Positions 63,990 to 64,000 of a DNA stretch of 64,000 nucleotides are shown one piece after another (position 1 is the first letter of the stretch; every line of letters starts with the position of its first letter). Source of the stretch: Armatimonadota bacterium. Its GTDB lineage: Bacteria > Armatimonadota > Fimbriimonadia > Fimbriimonadales > Fimbriimonadaceae. The notes beneath the pieces were generated by a model, which made no database searches, had not been told where the DNA came from, and worked only from the letters and a program-made list of their open reading frames with translations. The stretch is from positions 2,049 to 66,048 of the forward strand of contig JANNCV010000005.1 of assembly GCA_031386985.1 (NCBI GenBank). Reading direction: 5' to 3'. Both the position numbers and the translations under genes were made by a program.

Positions 63990-64000
63990 CGCCGAATTGG

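Overview
This 64-kb, GC-rich bacterial chromosomal window is densely coded. The PEP-CTERM protein, the many secreted beta-propeller/Ig-like proteins and the pseudopilin-like fragment suggest an Armatimonadota/Planctomycetota-like organism, but that is inference only. Recognisable housekeeping genes: LeuA/homocitrate-synthase family, ygfZ-like, galE, carB (N-half), ruvC, coaD, aat, hppA, leuS, nrnA-like, truB, araFGH, tRNA-Met(CAT) and tRNA-Leu(CAA). Accessory content: (1) a complete RAYT-type HUH transposase, bracketed by inverted GTAG-hairpin (REP-like) sequences, sits in-frame inside a split carB gene; (2) a repeat-rich island (about 40.4-51.9 kb) holds four paralogous secreted Gly-rich tail-fibre-like genes with near-identical 5' ends, two adjacent proteins each with an RxxxxH (HEPN-like) motif, 21-bp phased palindromic tandem arrays and about 175-bp MITE-like repeats; (3) a Pup-ligase (PafA/Dop) family gene lies in a non-proteasomal operon with two secretin-motif paralogs ending in Gly-Gly-X and a Big2-domain protein; (4) a membrane pyrophosphatase carries an insertion of about 300 aa; (5) there is a triple phage-tail-collar (MdpB-like) cassette. 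All calls rest on reading the ORF translations and the DNA by eye. No database search was run.
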